This document shows, in pieces, positions 27,987 to 38,471 of a stretch of 64,000 nt of DNA. How positions within the stretch are numbered: position 1 is the first letter of the stretch; each line of letters starts with the position of its first letter. Origin of the DNA: a virus; the IMG/VR virus record IMGVR_UViG_3300021197_001787, positions 130,232 through 194,231 of that record; one strand, written 5' to 3'. The translations under genes and the position numbers were made by a program. Below the pieces are notes generated by a model. That model was not told where the DNA came from, ran no database searches, and saw nothing but the letters and a program-made list of their open reading frames with translations.

Positions 27987-30491
27987 CTATGATCTCCCTG
28001 CGATTGCTTTAGTGGTGCGTTTATCTGAAAATTTCTTCACGTACCTTTCAAGATGCTCGCCTCCGATGCTGACGTTGATTTCAGCGGATTCAGGCCCACT
28101 ACTAACATAGGTGTTGTTTGAAGAATTGCTAGCAATATTTGTGTTTGCGGCTGTCGGGGCTGCTGTTCTATTAAAGGTAGCCTCGCTTAAACCAGCGGCT
28201 GTTTCCATAGACTTATTCATCACGTCGTTATTGCCGACTGATGCCTGTATTTGTAGCGCTTCGCCGGTATTAGCCATAGCACTCCCAAGAGCAAGCGCTT
28301 TTGTTCTAGAAACTCCGTCAATGGCTTCAGCAATTTTTTCAATATTGGCTGCAGCGCTGGGATCTGTTAAAGCGTTAAAAAAGGCAACGGCAGCCTCTAC
28401 GATGGTCTTAAATATGTCGCCTATATATGTAATTACGGCTTCAAACTTTTTAAACGGGATCATCAGTGCATCAAAGGCCTGCTCCAACATGCCACCAGTA
28501 AACATATCAAAGAAGCTTGGAGAATTCTTTTTGCTAAAAGCTTTCATGAGAGCGGCGACACCGGCGACAAGACCCACGATTGCAGCTGCGGTGCCAGAAA
28601 TAGGCAATGTAACCGCTATAAGCCCTACAGCGAGGCCGCCAAGAACGCCTTTTAAAACATTGATGATGTCTTCGCTTGCTTCCATAGACCCAGTTAATTC
28701 CCCCAGCATGCTTACGAATTCGTCAATTCTGAAAGCTTCATACAAGTATACAAACATATCCGCTAAGCCTTCAATGGCGAAACTAAGGCCTTCAAAAACT
28801 ATTGAAAGCAATGACGTATCGTCTTTACCAAGCTTAATCATATCGAAAAGGCTAATCAAAGCAATAACCATCCCTGGAATTCCACCGAATGCCACCAGCA
28901 TAACTCCACCCAATATTTTGAATGCAGTTGCATTTTTAGTAACAACATCCATCATGCTTCGGAGCATATCTATTAGTGGAGTAACAATTGGTATCATCTG
29001 TGCAAACAAAGAATTTAGCTGTTCTTGGAATGAAGCAAGGGTTTTAGCTCTGGCTGCTTGTTTTTCAAAATCTGCGGTCGTCTTTTTTGTTTCTTCCGAA
29101 ACAGAATCCATATTTCCGCTTAATACTAATGCTAAATCACCAACACTCTCAAGACCCATTGCATCTTTGTAGAAATTTTTCTGATAGTAGGACATTTCAT
29201 CAAATGATAGTCCTGTATCCAGAATAGAATCTCGGATCATCTCAAATCTAGCTGTTGGATCAGTTTCCATCATAAGATCCATAGCATTTACAAAGTTGCC
29301 GCCAAGTGCTGCGTTTAGTTTACCAGCTTGGCGGGCGGCGCCCTCAAACGTGTCGAATTGATTGACGATGTTTAACAACTTGCTTACTTCAAGACCAGTA
29401 ACCTTGGAGGCCGCGGCTAGATCTCTAAACGCTTCGTCGCCGGCTTCACCTAATTTGGCCATTGCATCGCCGGCTTCTAGAAACTGCGCAGACAACTTCT
29501 CAGGCGACACTCCAAGTTCCTCGGCAAATCCAGATAAATCCAACATAGCCTGTCCGGCTTCATCGGCACTCATGCCCAAGGCTTTAGTTGAAAGCTGAAC
29601 ACCTTGAGCAAAAGTTTCATTTGATATACCAAGTTTATCCAGTACTGCGCCGGTTTCTATCAAACTTTCTCTAGTCAACCGGTCTTGATATGAAAAATCA
29701 GTAAAATTGTTAAACAATGACGTAGCAGAAGCGCCCATATCTTCCGCTGTGGCCGTGAATATACGGCCTTCCTCATAAGTATTGGAGATTGACCGCGCAA
29801 AGTCTTTAGAGGCACCTGTAGCCTTCATAAAGGCATTCTCAGTATCGCCCAGCTCCAACGCCAGTTTTGCGATAGATGTTGCGAATTCCATTGCAAATTG
29901 TGGCGCGCCGGCTTTTATAAATCCTGCGACTCCTCCATTAACATCTTTAAACTTGTCAGCCATGCTTTTTAAGTTTTTGGCATTTAGTAAACTACCAATT
30001 TCCGGAGCAGTTCCGGAAAACAATGTGCCAAAGCTGCCGGCAAGGTCATCAACTGCTTTTTGATGTTTTTCAAGTGCTTTTCTCTGTTTTTCTAGCTGTT
30101 TTATCTTTTTTACCATTTCTTCAATGGCGCGCTTGCCGGCTTCAGTACTCGCGTCTTCGGATTGGGTTAAAAGCTTTAACTTTTCTATTTCAATGTCAAT
30201 TAGTTCACTTTTAGCTTCAGTTTTTTTAGAACTTTCAGCCATTGTCTCCAATGACCGCCTCACTGCCGCTTCTTGAGCGTCTAAAGCTACCATAGTTCTT
30301 TGGCGGGCGTCAATCTCCCTCTGTGCTGCAGCGACGACGCGCTGTTCCGACACATCAGATGCTTGATTTTGAGCAGCGAGTAATTCAAGCTGCGAATTGG
30401 TAAGATCTTGCAACTTTTCATTTAAGCTATCAACAGCACCACCTTGGGCTGCCAATGCATCTATAAGTTGTTGCAGTTGTTCTGGGGTCAT
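27987..30491 (-). CDS. tape measure protein
   Basis: 834 aa helical Ala/Gly-rich with hydrophobic segments; follows chaperone genes. Confidence 0.8.
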   Translation of the reverse strand: MTPEQLQQLIDALAAQGGAVDSLNEKLQDLTNSQLELLAAQNQASDVSEQRVVAAAQREIDARQRTMVALDAQEAAVRRSLETMAESSKKTEAKSELIDIEIEKLKLLTQSEDASTEAGKRAIEEMVKKIKQLEKQRKALEKHQKAVDDLAGSFGTLFSGTAPEIGSLLNAKNLKSMADKFKDVNGGVAGFIKAGAPQFAMEFATSIAKLALELGDTENAFMKATGASKDFARSISNTYEEGRIFTATAEDMGASATSLFNNFTDFSYQDRLTRESLIETGAVLDKLGISNETFAQGVQLSTKALGMSADEAGQAMLDLSGFAEELGVSPEKLSAQFLEAGDAMAKLGEAGDEAFRDLAAASKVTGLEVSKLLNIVNQFDTFEGAARQAGKLNAALGGNFVNAMDLMMETDPTARFEMIRDSILDTGLSFDEMSYYQKNFYKDAMGLESVGDLALVLSGNMDSVSEETKKTTADFEKQAARAKTLASFQEQLNSLFAQMIPIVTPLIDMLRSMMDVVTKNATAFKILGGVMLVAFGGIPGMVIALISLFDMIKLGKDDTSLLSIVFEGLSFAIEGLADMFVYLYEAFRIDEFVSMLGELTGSMEASEDIINVLKGVLGGLAVGLIAVTLPISGTAAAIVGLVAGVAALMKAFSKKNSPSFFDMFTGGMLEQAFDALMIPFKKFEAVITYIGDIFKTIVEAAVAFFNALTDPSAAANIEKIAEAIDGVSRTKALALGSAMANTGEALQIQASVGNNDVMNKSMETAAGLSEATFNRTAAPTAANTNIASNSSNNTYVSSGPESAEINVSIGGEHLERYVKKFSDKRTTKAIAGRS

Positions 30492-30512
30492 AAATCTTAC
30501 CTCTTACTAAAC

Positions 30513-30520
30513 TAAATAGT
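30513..30520 (-). promoter_or_regulatory. ACTATTTA late-promoter-like motif
   Basis: Intergenic, 22 nt upstream of tape measure ATG. Confidence 0.6.
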
Positions 30521-30545
30521 TTTATACTAAAAAAGCTGTTTAAGG

Positions 30546-30803
30546 TTATTTCTGCGAGCCGGGGGGCGCAAATTGAGGTGGCAAACTTGGAGCATTGTCT
30601 GGTGTTAGTGTATGTGTATTGGAGTTACCAGAGCTACTTCTGCCTTTCGAAGCATTTTCAATAGCTTCTTTTTCCATCTCTAATTGTCTGATTAAGCGCT
30701 GTGTGAACCACGAACGCAAACCAATGGGTAGGTTATACGCTTCACTAAATGACCAGCCTCCTGAATATTTCAGGAAAAAGAACTGCTCATAAATGCTTTC
30801 CAT
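30546..30803 (-). CDS. tail assembly chaperone downstream ORF (gpT-like)
   Basis: MESIYEQFFFLKYSGGWSFSEAYNLPIGLRSWF; frame open upstream across U7 run at 30822-30828. Confidence 0.7.
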   Translation of the reverse strand: MESIYEQFFFLKYSGGWSFSEAYNLPIGLRSWFTQRLIRQLEMEKEAIENASKGRSSSGNSNTHTLTPDNAPSLPPQFAPPGSQK

Positions 30804-30807
30804 ATAC

Positions 30808-31659
30808 TCATCGGTCAGGCCAAAAAAAGTCCGCGGAGAGCGGCACCTCCATGTCCTGCTCATAATCGCAGTTGCTGCATTCAAAGTGCTGAGACAGGTC
30901 AACGTTTGGTGCCGTAAGTTTGTAAGCAAGCCTTAAGTGGCGTGAATCTGTAGATGGCATATTTTGCACAAGATAATTAATTGAATCAATGCTATCGTCT
31001 CCGTTAACAGCTAATATTAAGCTAGATAACTGACGTGTTACGCCGCGGTCTTGACGTTGTTTTTTGTCAATTTCTACTCCAGAACTAATCTTTTTCTCGT
31101 CGTAACCTCTGAGTAACCCAAATGTAACAACCACGTTAGTTCTCGGAAGAGTGACATCAAAAGTTCCATTGCCATTATCAGTTACATTCATCTTGTTTTC
31201 ATCATCACCGCAATAAACATGCGCTTCATTCAAATCAAACGAATAACTTTGGTTTGTGCCACATTGTGGGCAAGTAACTTTTGTTGTATAGTCATTGCCG
31301 TAGCCGGAAACTCGTGTGGCAATAATAATTGCGTTTCTATCTCCTATGAAAAGTGAATCTGGGTCAATCGCCTTATTCACAATTAAACTACCGATAACCC
31401 TATCAAGGGCAACTCCCTTTTTAAGCAAAGTTCGCGATGTGAGCATATCTTCCTCTTTCGCAGTCATTTGTTTAATTTCAATAGAAGATTCACCACAAAG
31501 CGGGTGCCCTTCTGGGTAATATCTACCCTCGGTTGGTAATTCCACAAATTCCGTTGGAATTACAAATGAGAAACCTCCCGTGCCTTCGTTCATTGCCTGA
31601 ACGGGCGGGGAAGTATCTTGTTGTTGAACGCCTCCTAAGCGATCTTGATTTCTAGACAA
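30808..31659 (-). CDS. tail assembly chaperone / gp26-like protein
   Basis: TEFVELPTEGRYY, MTAKEEDML, GDRNAII, CPQC and CSNC Zn pairs, ends FFWPDR. Confidence 0.8.
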   Translation of the reverse strand: MSRNQDRLGGVQQQDTSPPVQAMNEGTGGFSFVIPTEFVELPTEGRYYPEGHPLCGESSIEIKQMTAKEEDMLTSRTLLKKGVALDRVIGSLIVNKAIDPDSLFIGDRNAIIIATRVSGYGNDYTTKVTCPQCGTNQSYSFDLNEAHVYCGDDENKMNVTDNGNGTFDVTLPRTNVVVTFGLLRGYDEKKISSGVEIDKKQRQDRGVTRQLSSLILAVNGDDSIDSINYLVQNMPSTDSRHLRLAYKLTAPNVDLSQHFECSNCDYEQDMEVPLSADFFWPDR

Positions 31660-31688
31660 TGTACACCTCTCGTTTTATTAAATTGTCA

Positions 31689-32273
31689 TCATGTGTTAAA
31701 GAAGCTGGTACCGCCACCTGCTACTGCGACTGAAGGATTGGCGGTTTCAACGCGGGCCCAATCGTACATAAGCTCAACAGTAGTGGTAGTAAGCTCGTCG
31801 TCACCATATGAAAGTGAACCAAGTTGAACGTCTTTAACAAATGCGTTCCAAAGTGTCCAAGTTTCAAGCGGCTTGCCATCAGAATCAATCTGTGTGATAA
31901 TGACGGTACCGAGAGCACCAGCGGCCTTAGCTTTAGAAATAGAGCCAAGGGAAGTTGCGTTAGCAGGGGGAGAATAGCCAGAAAGCCTAACAATGTCGGA
32001 GAACGTTGCAGTGACATCGGGACTAACAGGGTCAACCATCTCAATTGAAATAGTATTCCAAGTAACGGCGCCCGGGTAATAGAACTTGTGGTTCAAGTAG
32101 GCGTGTTCTACGTTTTCAACAGTAAAGCTGGGCTTCGCTGCAGTCTTGGCGTACCATGCAATGGCACCACCTTGTTCAGCTTGAATTCCTTGGAATTCTA
32201 CTGTAAATCTGAAATTTCTCTTTGGATCTTTGAGGGTTACGTCCTCGCCGAAGTTTGTTGACCAGAATGGCAT
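31689..32273 (-). CDS. tail tube protein (gp19-like)
   Basis: DPKRNFRFTVEF, YYPGAVTWNTISI, LSYGDDEL...LMYDWA. Confidence 0.9.
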   Translation of the reverse strand: MPFWSTNFGEDVTLKDPKRNFRFTVEFQGIQAEQGGAIAWYAKTAAKPSFTVENVEHAYLNHKFYYPGAVTWNTISIEMVDPVSPDVTATFSDIVRLSGYSPPANATSLGSISKAKAAGALGTVIITQIDSDGKPLETWTLWNAFVKDVQLGSLSYGDDELTTTTVELMYDWARVETANPSVAVAGGGTSFFNT

Positions 32274-32299
32274 TGTTTAAGTTCTCCTGTTTATAACAA

Positions 32300-32307
32300 T
32301 AAATAGT
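32300..32307 (-). promoter_or_regulatory. ACTATTTA late-promoter-like motif
   Basis: Intergenic before tube gene, next to GGGGAAA/TTTCCCC hairpin (32310-32327). Confidence 0.6.
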
Positions 32308-32334
32308 AGGGGGAAATATTTTTCCCCTTATGGT

Positions 32335-35298
32335 TTAGTCATCAAATGATGCGCCAGTGTTGAGGATTACGAAGTCAATTGCAATGAATTCGATAGCTCT
32401 AGCGGGCTTAATCATAATCTTAGCATACATAATGTTTTGATCAATAAGATCAGGTGTCGTAGTAGACTCATCAAGGATAAGTCGGTAATCTGTGATACCA
32501 AATCTAGTCTTAACATTTGCAAGGAAGGGCTCTACGAGACCCTTGAAGCGGTTCCAAGTTGCCTGCACATTTTGCTCAAAGAGAATTTGTGTGGACAAGA
32601 TAGAGATCTGCTTCTTCAAGTAGATTACCAAGCGACGGACATTAACTCTGTCGAGTGCCGATTGGCGCTCTTGGAGTGTTTTCTGGCCGAACAACACGAT
32701 ACCAGAGCTTGGGAAAGAAGCAATTGGGTTAATGTTGTACTCGTACAGTGTGTCGCGACTCTTAGATGTTAATCTTTCGCTGACGTTAACAACTGGGATT
32801 CCAGCCGCTCCGTCTGTGAGGCCACCACGGTTGAATCCTGCTGGTGCAAACCATACATCAGTTTTGGCCTCGGAACTTCCAAGGACACCAAGGATGGCGA
32901 CTGTGGGCGGGATCCACACAAGTTGACCAGTATTCTCATCGCGGGTCTGGACCCATGGGTAGAAGGTTGTTCCGTATGAGGAGTCAATTCTTCTATCTTT
33001 AAGTGTCAGAGCTGCTTGATCTGGGTTTGTGCCAATTCTACTAGATTTATCAGAGTAGTATTGCTCGTGTGGTGGGATGTAAACATCGGGAAGGTCGATA
33101 AGTGCCATGGCATCGGCGCGCTCCTCACAGATGTCAATCATATGCTCTGTCAACGACGCTTGTGTAAGGCCTGGGGCAGTAAGCAAATTCATATCAATCA
33201 TCTCAGGATCAGTCACAGTATCAACTGCGCGGCGCCATGTGTGATACACATAGTTAGTATCTTCTGTAGAAGTAGGAGACATGAACGCGTTATAAAGCGG
33301 ATCTGGTCTTGTAATGTCAAACCCGTCAGCACCACCCCAGAATGGGACAGTGAATCGGTTATAGCCTGCATCAAGAATATCAGTGTAAGATGCGCTAGTG
33401 ACCGAAGCCTCTGCTTTACGTGAACCGGAGTTATAGTAATATACAGAACCAGATGTCTCAATATCATCTAATGAGAAGATATAAGACCATGCGTTGATAC
33501 CTTTAGTAAGGAACGCACCGGTTGTCGGATCGTCGGGGAAGTTTGCATATGGTAATCTGTGGAAGTCTGCAACACTTGCGTCGGGTCTTGTAGAATCCGG
33601 ACTGCGAGTAGTGCTGAATCCAAAGTATGCGTTAGTGGGGTCTCTCAAACCGCCATCGGAAGCCGAAACTCTGATAGATGAGCTTGGGAACAATAGCGAA
33701 CCACTCAAACAATTTACGGTTGGGTCATCCGGCAGGCTTAAGCCAGAGACGTCCAACACTGAACCGGAAAATAGAGGAGTATTCGATGCTTTGATACCAT
33801 CAAATACACCGTTCCTGTCACCACCAATGAATTGTCTTCCATCTAAGACGAAAGAGGTATTAATAGCTCCGATCTCCGAACCGGTAATTCCTGTAACACT
33901 GGCTGGCCTAGGAGGACCATAGTAACCAAACGGTACAAGTGTTGCGTCGGTTGCGCCGGCTTCGACATCTCCGTCAAGCTCAACATAAAAGTACTTAGAC
34001 TTGTTTGGGTAATCGCCATAAGTTTTAAGCATCTTATTAGTTGCGTCCCACTGCACAAATTGAGTACCAATCTTGCGGCCGATATAGCTGGGAGATTTTG
34101 GATCTAAACTGCAGTTGTCAAATCTTTCTAGAACAACAACTTTATTATCAGTGTCTCTAATATCACGAACAACAACCGAGAAGGTGCCATAAGGATTTGA
34201 AGTGGTGGAAGATTGACGAATTTTTTCAATTGAAACTTTTGCATTTTTATGCAACCACTCGCCATGGCCGCGACCAACAAGACGGAATAACTTTTGAGCG
34301 TTTTGCGGTTCATAAGAAGCAGCCGTGCCCTGATCTTGAGCAATAAACCAACCAGCAACTGCTTCGCGTGAAGCCTGTGCTTTCATATTGGCAGGGTTGT
34401 AATCATTGTCTAATATACCACCTGAAGCAAGCGGTAACAAGACACCGAACATATTTTGCAGATTTTGCATGTTTTTTCTACGCAGTGCTTGTTCATAGGA
34501 CTCACCAAGCCAGTAATCTTTTCTAGCGCTAGCGGGGTAGAAAGTAGTTGTATTGTTACTAGCAACTTGAGGATTAGTATTAAATCTCTTGCGAAGGAAT
34601 GTTTCTTGTGTGTCATCGAAACCAAATTTAATTGTTTCAGACTGCTGAGTACCAGAAACAAAAATATTGAATAGTCCATTACTGTCTGACTGAATAACTT
34701 TACCAACACCCTTAGCACCGGCGTCCGCTTTGCTACCACCGGGGCCAACAATATTACCACTTAAGAAGATCTTACCTTTATTAAGGTAAAAAGTAGCAGC
34801 GTGGGTACCTTCGCCAATGTTTGCACTTGAGCCAGAACGGAATAAGAAAAGACCGAAAGCTCCACCATTGCTTGTCAAAGCAGTAGTTGACGCGGCCAGT
34901 CCGCTTCCACTAACTGGTTTACCCGATGTGGACCAGCCTGCTGCAGCATCACCACCAACAGATTTACCCGTGGTAGTTTGCTGACCCAGAAGACGAATGA
35001 AAGTCAGAGGGGCCACATTCGAACGAAGGAAAGCTTTAGCTGCATAGGTTCCGTACATCGGCGATTGGTAGTTACCATCGCGGTAAACGTCCCCACCTCC
35101 TGAACCAGCAACAGTATCGCCGAACTCTGTTACGAAATCCGAATACGAACTAACTTTTACCGGTGTCATCGCAAGGCCTCTGCGTGAGCGCCCAATTACG
35201 ACCGGTCCAATGGCATCTGCACTCTTGGGAATAAAGGAGTTATCAATCTCGTTGATAAACACCCCCGGAGATACAAATTTAAAACTTTTCACTGACAT
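32335..35298 (-). CDS. tail sheath protein (gp18-like)
   Basis: FVSPGVFINEID, WFAPAGFNRG, GQKTLQ...SALDRVNVRRL. Confidence 0.95.
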   Translation of the reverse strand: MSVKSFKFVSPGVFINEIDNSFIPKSADAIGPVVIGRSRRGLAMTPVKVSSYSDFVTEFGDTVAGSGGGDVYRDGNYQSPMYGTYAAKAFLRSNVAPLTFIRLLGQQTTTGKSVGGDAAAGWSTSGKPVSGSGLAASTTALTSNGGAFGLFLFRSGSSANIGEGTHAATFYLNKGKIFLSGNIVGPGGSKADAGAKGVGKVIQSDSNGLFNIFVSGTQQSETIKFGFDDTQETFLRKRFNTNPQVASNNTTTFYPASARKDYWLGESYEQALRRKNMQNLQNMFGVLLPLASGGILDNDYNPANMKAQASREAVAGWFIAQDQGTAASYEPQNAQKLFRLVGRGHGEWLHKNAKVSIEKIRQSSTTSNPYGTFSVVVRDIRDTDNKVVVLERFDNCSLDPKSPSYIGRKIGTQFVQWDATNKMLKTYGDYPNKSKYFYVELDGDVEAGATDATLVPFGYYGPPRPASVTGITGSEIGAINTSFVLDGRQFIGGDRNGVFDGIKASNTPLFSGSVLDVSGLSLPDDPTVNCLSGSLLFPSSSIRVSASDGGLRDPTNAYFGFSTTRSPDSTRPDASVADFHRLPYANFPDDPTTGAFLTKGINAWSYIFSLDDIETSGSVYYYNSGSRKAEASVTSASYTDILDAGYNRFTVPFWGGADGFDITRPDPLYNAFMSPTSTEDTNYVYHTWRRAVDTVTDPEMIDMNLLTAPGLTQASLTEHMIDICEERADAMALIDLPDVYIPPHEQYYSDKSSRIGTNPDQAALTLKDRRIDSSYGTTFYPWVQTRDENTGQLVWIPPTVAILGVLGSSEAKTDVWFAPAGFNRGGLTDGAAGIPVVNVSERLTSKSRDTLYEYNINPIASFPSSGIVLFGQKTLQERQSALDRVNVRRLVIYLKKQISILSTQILFEQNVQATWNRFKGLVEPFLANVKTRFGITDYRLILDESTTTPDLIDQNIMYAKIMIKPARAIEFIAIDFVILNTGASFDD

Positions 35299-35349
35299 TA
35301 TGTGTCCCTCTCTTTGGTTTAATGTTCTTTATGCTTGCGCAATCAAAGA

Positions 35350-35357
35350 TAAATAGT
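35350..35357 (-). promoter_or_regulatory. ACTATTTA late-promoter-like motif
   Basis: Intergenic before sheath gene. Confidence 0.6.
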
Positions 35358-35390
35358 ATTTTTAATCCCAAAGACACTTCAGGAAGTGTT

Positions 35391-36266
35391 TTATGAGCCA
35401 AAAAAGTCTTCGGTGCCCGGCAGAGGCTCGGATTCACGGGGGTATGTAAGCTCTACAATACTCTCTTCTACGGCTACAATTGGGCGATCATCGTTTTCGC
35501 CTTCTCCCATTAAGTAACCAAGCACTCTGATATTTATTTCGGATGAGAACATTCTCATCTCTTCTTCAAGATTAGACACATTATTATTATGTGCAAAGCT
35601 CTGATCTATAAAAGCTTCATAAGAGTGGCCATTTCTTTTCATAGTAAAAGCGTTAATTTGGCCAGTTCTAGTTATAAAAGGCGCCATCATCTCATTCATC
35701 TGTTGTTGGTATTCACATTTAATAACAATCTTGTATTCTACATTAACGTATACAGGGATTGGTATGGAAAGCGTCTGGATTACAACTTTTTTATTAATTC
35801 GTGGCGAGTATTGTTGTCTTTTTCCTACCGAGATGTTTCTGGAGGCCTGTACGACAGCAAAATTTCTAGTTTTATCTTGTTTAATCTTCTTTGCCAATAT
35901 CATTCTACCAACACGGCCATTTCTATCTTTAGAATATAGATGCGCTTGATAAGACCCTTTTCGCGCGGGGTCTTTCGTGATATTTGTTCTTTCAATACTT
36001 ATTATGGGAAGTTTTAAGGCGCCGGCATCGTCTCGCAACTCTTTTTCGTTCTTGATCTGGAATGAACGCTCGGGTGTTTGCCACAAAACTGGCACTTTTA
36101 CGAAACCCTCGTTAGTGGTGGCACTGAGTGACAGGTCTTCCTTGAGCCACGAGACCAAAGAATAGTCAATATTCTCAATATCCGACACTAACATGCCGAT
36201 TTCCTTTAATGACAGGCTTTTTGTGTCTACTGGCAGTTGTGCAAAGTCAAAATTATCAGGAAGCAT
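35391..36266 (-). CDS. tail terminator / sheath stabiliser (gp15-like)
   Basis: Start moved to ATG 36266; LPIISIER, IPIPVYVNVEY, YQQQMNEM; position. Confidence 0.7.
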   Translation of the reverse strand: MLPDNFDFAQLPVDTKSLSLKEIGMLVSDIENIDYSLVSWLKEDLSLSATTNEGFVKVPVLWQTPERSFQIKNEKELRDDAGALKLPIISIERTNITKDPARKGSYQAHLYSKDRNGRVGRMILAKKIKQDKTRNFAVVQASRNISVGKRQQYSPRINKKVVIQTLSIPIPVYVNVEYKIVIKCEYQQQMNEMMAPFITRTGQINAFTMKRNGHSYEAFIDQSFAHNNNVSNLEEEMRMFSSEINIRVLGYLMGEGENDDRPIVAVEESIVELTYPRESEPLPGTEDFFGS

Positions 36267-36750
36267 CAAATAAACCCTTTCTTGCTCTTCTACAACGAGC
36301 AGCAATCTCAAACTCTTTACCAGCTTGGCCGAATAAGAGCTTTGGCTCTGCTAAAGTAACAATTTCATAGTAATAATCGCCGTACAAAACAAAGTCCCCT
36401 TCTCTTACATAGAGGTCTTGGTCTTCTTCAAGGCGTCTTTTATGAAAATGTACCATGATTTCCCAGGATTTGTCAATTCCAGCACTTTCCATGTAGTCAG
36501 TGGAATAATCAGTGAATTCAATTAAAGCGTAAACGCGTATAGGAGGCAGATAGGTTTTTTTAATCGCCTCACCATAGAGTTCGTTAAACTTTGTAGCTCG
36601 AAGATCAATCGAGTAATATAAGATCTGTTGACCTATGACCTTCTCAACAAGCTCATCATTAACTTGTTTAACAAGATCTCGCTCTTTCTTACCTAAAAAG
36701 AGAGGCGGAGGTGGTGCCGCGGGCTTTGACCATTTGCTATCGTCTGACAT
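36256..36750 (-). CDS. neck protein (gp14-like)
   Basis: ELYGEA, REGDFVLYGDYYYEI; position. Confidence 0.75.
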   Translation of the reverse strand: MSDDSKWSKPAAPPPPLFLGKKERDLVKQVNDELVEKVIGQQILYYSIDLRATKFNELYGEAIKKTYLPPIRVYALIEFTDYSTDYMESAGIDKSWEIMVHFHKRRLEEDQDLYVREGDFVLYGDYYYEIVTLAEPKLLFGQAGKEFEIAARCRRARKGLFDAS

Positions 36751-36760
36751 CTACTCTCTC

Positions 36761-38038
36761 CTATCCTACAAAAATGGGCAATGGCGAACGCCTTAAGGTT
36801 TCCTCTGCAGCGGTGCTCTTTTCTTGGTCTTTCTTGGCCAATTCTGGGTATTCTACTTCTTTGAGGAGTTCTGTCAGCTTGTCGCGGAGATTCTGTTGTT
36901 CTTCTTTTGCTTGACTAAGCAATTCAGAGTGGTTTAATGTAACGCTGTCACCCGGAATTGGCAATGTTTGGAACTTGCCACGGATCTGCCCTAACATCTC
37001 TTTAGAAAGAGCAAGTGCATATTTTCTAATCCATTGCTTGCCAATGGCATTAATGTTTTCGTAAGGTATATTATCAAAGGGTAGCGTATTTAGGTTGTTA
37101 ATACCTTCAATACCCGTGTCAGTATCGCCCTCTTCTTCAAAGATATTTGATTTAATCCTAAATCTAAACCAAATACGATCAAGGTAGCCAGCAAAGTTAT
37201 CAGCTCCGCGAGGGGCCGGATATAATCTCAATTTGTTGTTGATAAGCTCATAAGAGTAGTGCGAGGTTCTTGTGTAAAGCGAGTCTTCATACATAATTGC
37301 TTGCAACTTGTTCTGCCACGTTGGTATAACTTCAAAAGTTGAATCATCGGCATATTGACCATAAGTTGAATAATTACCCACCACGCCAACACCGCCATAA
37401 TACCCATAGAATCTCCACATTGCAATTGGCGAACGATAAAAGACTTTATCAATAATAATTCGTTTATCTGTAACTTTACCAGCATAATCAATGGCGTCAC
37501 CATTATCATTGACACCAGAAGCTGAAGAACTAGAAATAATTGTTTGTAAATCGTAGTCTTGTTGATTTTTTGTAGTTGTGAAGGATGCCGAGTAGATACT
37601 TGTAGTACCACCAACTCCTGCCATCGTAGACATTCCGTCCGCTATCTTGTTTGTATAGTTAGCCTCAAACCTAGGAAATCTTAAGCTAGCGCTAAGCGGC
37701 CCCGACGTAAGATTGCCTTTGTGGTTAAAGGTACCAGTAACATTACCAAGAGCATCTGATAATACATTCTTACCTTGGTGCAGATTGAAAATGTACGAAT
37801 ATTCCAAAACCGCTTCTTCGTACGCCGCATAAACATTGGCGGGGGTAAGCTCAATATCAACGACATCGCCGCCTAATTTTTTATAAACATAGGCAACTTG
37901 GTCAGAAGCGCCACTTAAAAATGCAACTGAACCCGTGTAAATTCCAAATGGTAACGAGTTGGAAACAGAGCCGGCCGAACCGGTTGATGTCAGTACTATA
38001 GCACTTGTTTCTGATTTTGGGCTTAGGTTTCTTGGCAC
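36761..38038 (-). CDS. neck/adaptor protein (gp13-like)
   Basis: LGGDVVDIELT, WIRKYALALSKEMLGQIRGKF, GDSVTLN. Confidence 0.8.
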   Translation of the reverse strand: MPRNLSPKSETSAIVLTSTGSAGSVSNSLPFGIYTGSVAFLSGASDQVAYVYKKLGGDVVDIELTPANVYAAYEEAVLEYSYIFNLHQGKNVLSDALGNVTGTFNHKGNLTSGPLSASLRFPRFEANYTNKIADGMSTMAGVGGTTSIYSASFTTTKNQQDYDLQTIISSSSASGVNDNGDAIDYAGKVTDKRIIIDKVFYRSPIAMWRFYGYYGGVGVVGNYSTYGQYADDSTFEVIPTWQNKLQAIMYEDSLYTRTSHYSYELINNKLRLYPAPRGADNFAGYLDRIWFRFRIKSNIFEEEGDTDTGIEGINNLNTLPFDNIPYENINAIGKQWIRKYALALSKEMLGQIRGKFQTLPIPGDSVTLNHSELLSQAKEEQQNLRDKLTELLKEVEYPELAKKDQEKSTAAEETLRRSPLPIFVG

Positions 38039-38058
38039 GCACAGACCCTCCTACTAGG

Positions 38059-38066
38059 TAAATAGT
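38059..38066 (-). promoter_or_regulatory. ACTATTTA late-promoter-like motif
   Basis: Intergenic before neck gene. Confidence 0.6.
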
Positions 38067-38102
38067 TGATCATAACCAAAGATAAACACTTATATAAGAT
38101 AT

Positions 38103-38432
38103 TTACGAAGTCTTCTTAGTTGTTTTCTTTTTTGCAGTCTTACTTGGCGCTGCAGCTTTTTTTACTGGCGCCTTTTTCGCGGGTGTGGCTTTCAAAGTCG
38201 GGGCCGCGGCGACTTTTGGCTTTTCAACTGTTTTTGGTGCTACTTTCGGAGCTGGTTCTTCTGAAACCTTAGCAGTTTCTACAACTGGCTTGTTAACTGT
38301 TGGAGTATCCTCAACCTTGGCTTTAACTGTTTCAGCTATTGGAGTTTTTGTGATTTCCTCTTCTGCTTTGACAATTGCTTCGCGACGAGCTTTAGCTCTA
38401 TTTTTAAACATCAATCTTTTACGTGGGTTCAT
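38103..38432 (-). CDS. Lys/Ala/Pro-rich basic protein
   Basis: Tail KATPAKKAPVKKAAAPSKTAKKKTTKK; SD and own motif at 38464-38471. Confidence 0.75.
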   Translation of the reverse strand: MNPRKRLMFKNRAKARREAIVKAEEEITKTPIAETVKAKVEDTPTVNKPVVETAKVSEEPAPKVAPKTVEKPKVAAAPTLKATPAKKAPVKKAAAPSKTAKKKTTKKTS

Positions 38433-38463
38433 AACATTTCCTTTTCTTTAAAACCTGTGCTAA

Positions 38464-38471
38464 TAAATAGT
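38464..38471 (-). promoter_or_regulatory. ACTATTTA late-promoter-like motif
   Basis: Intergenic. Confidence 0.6.
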
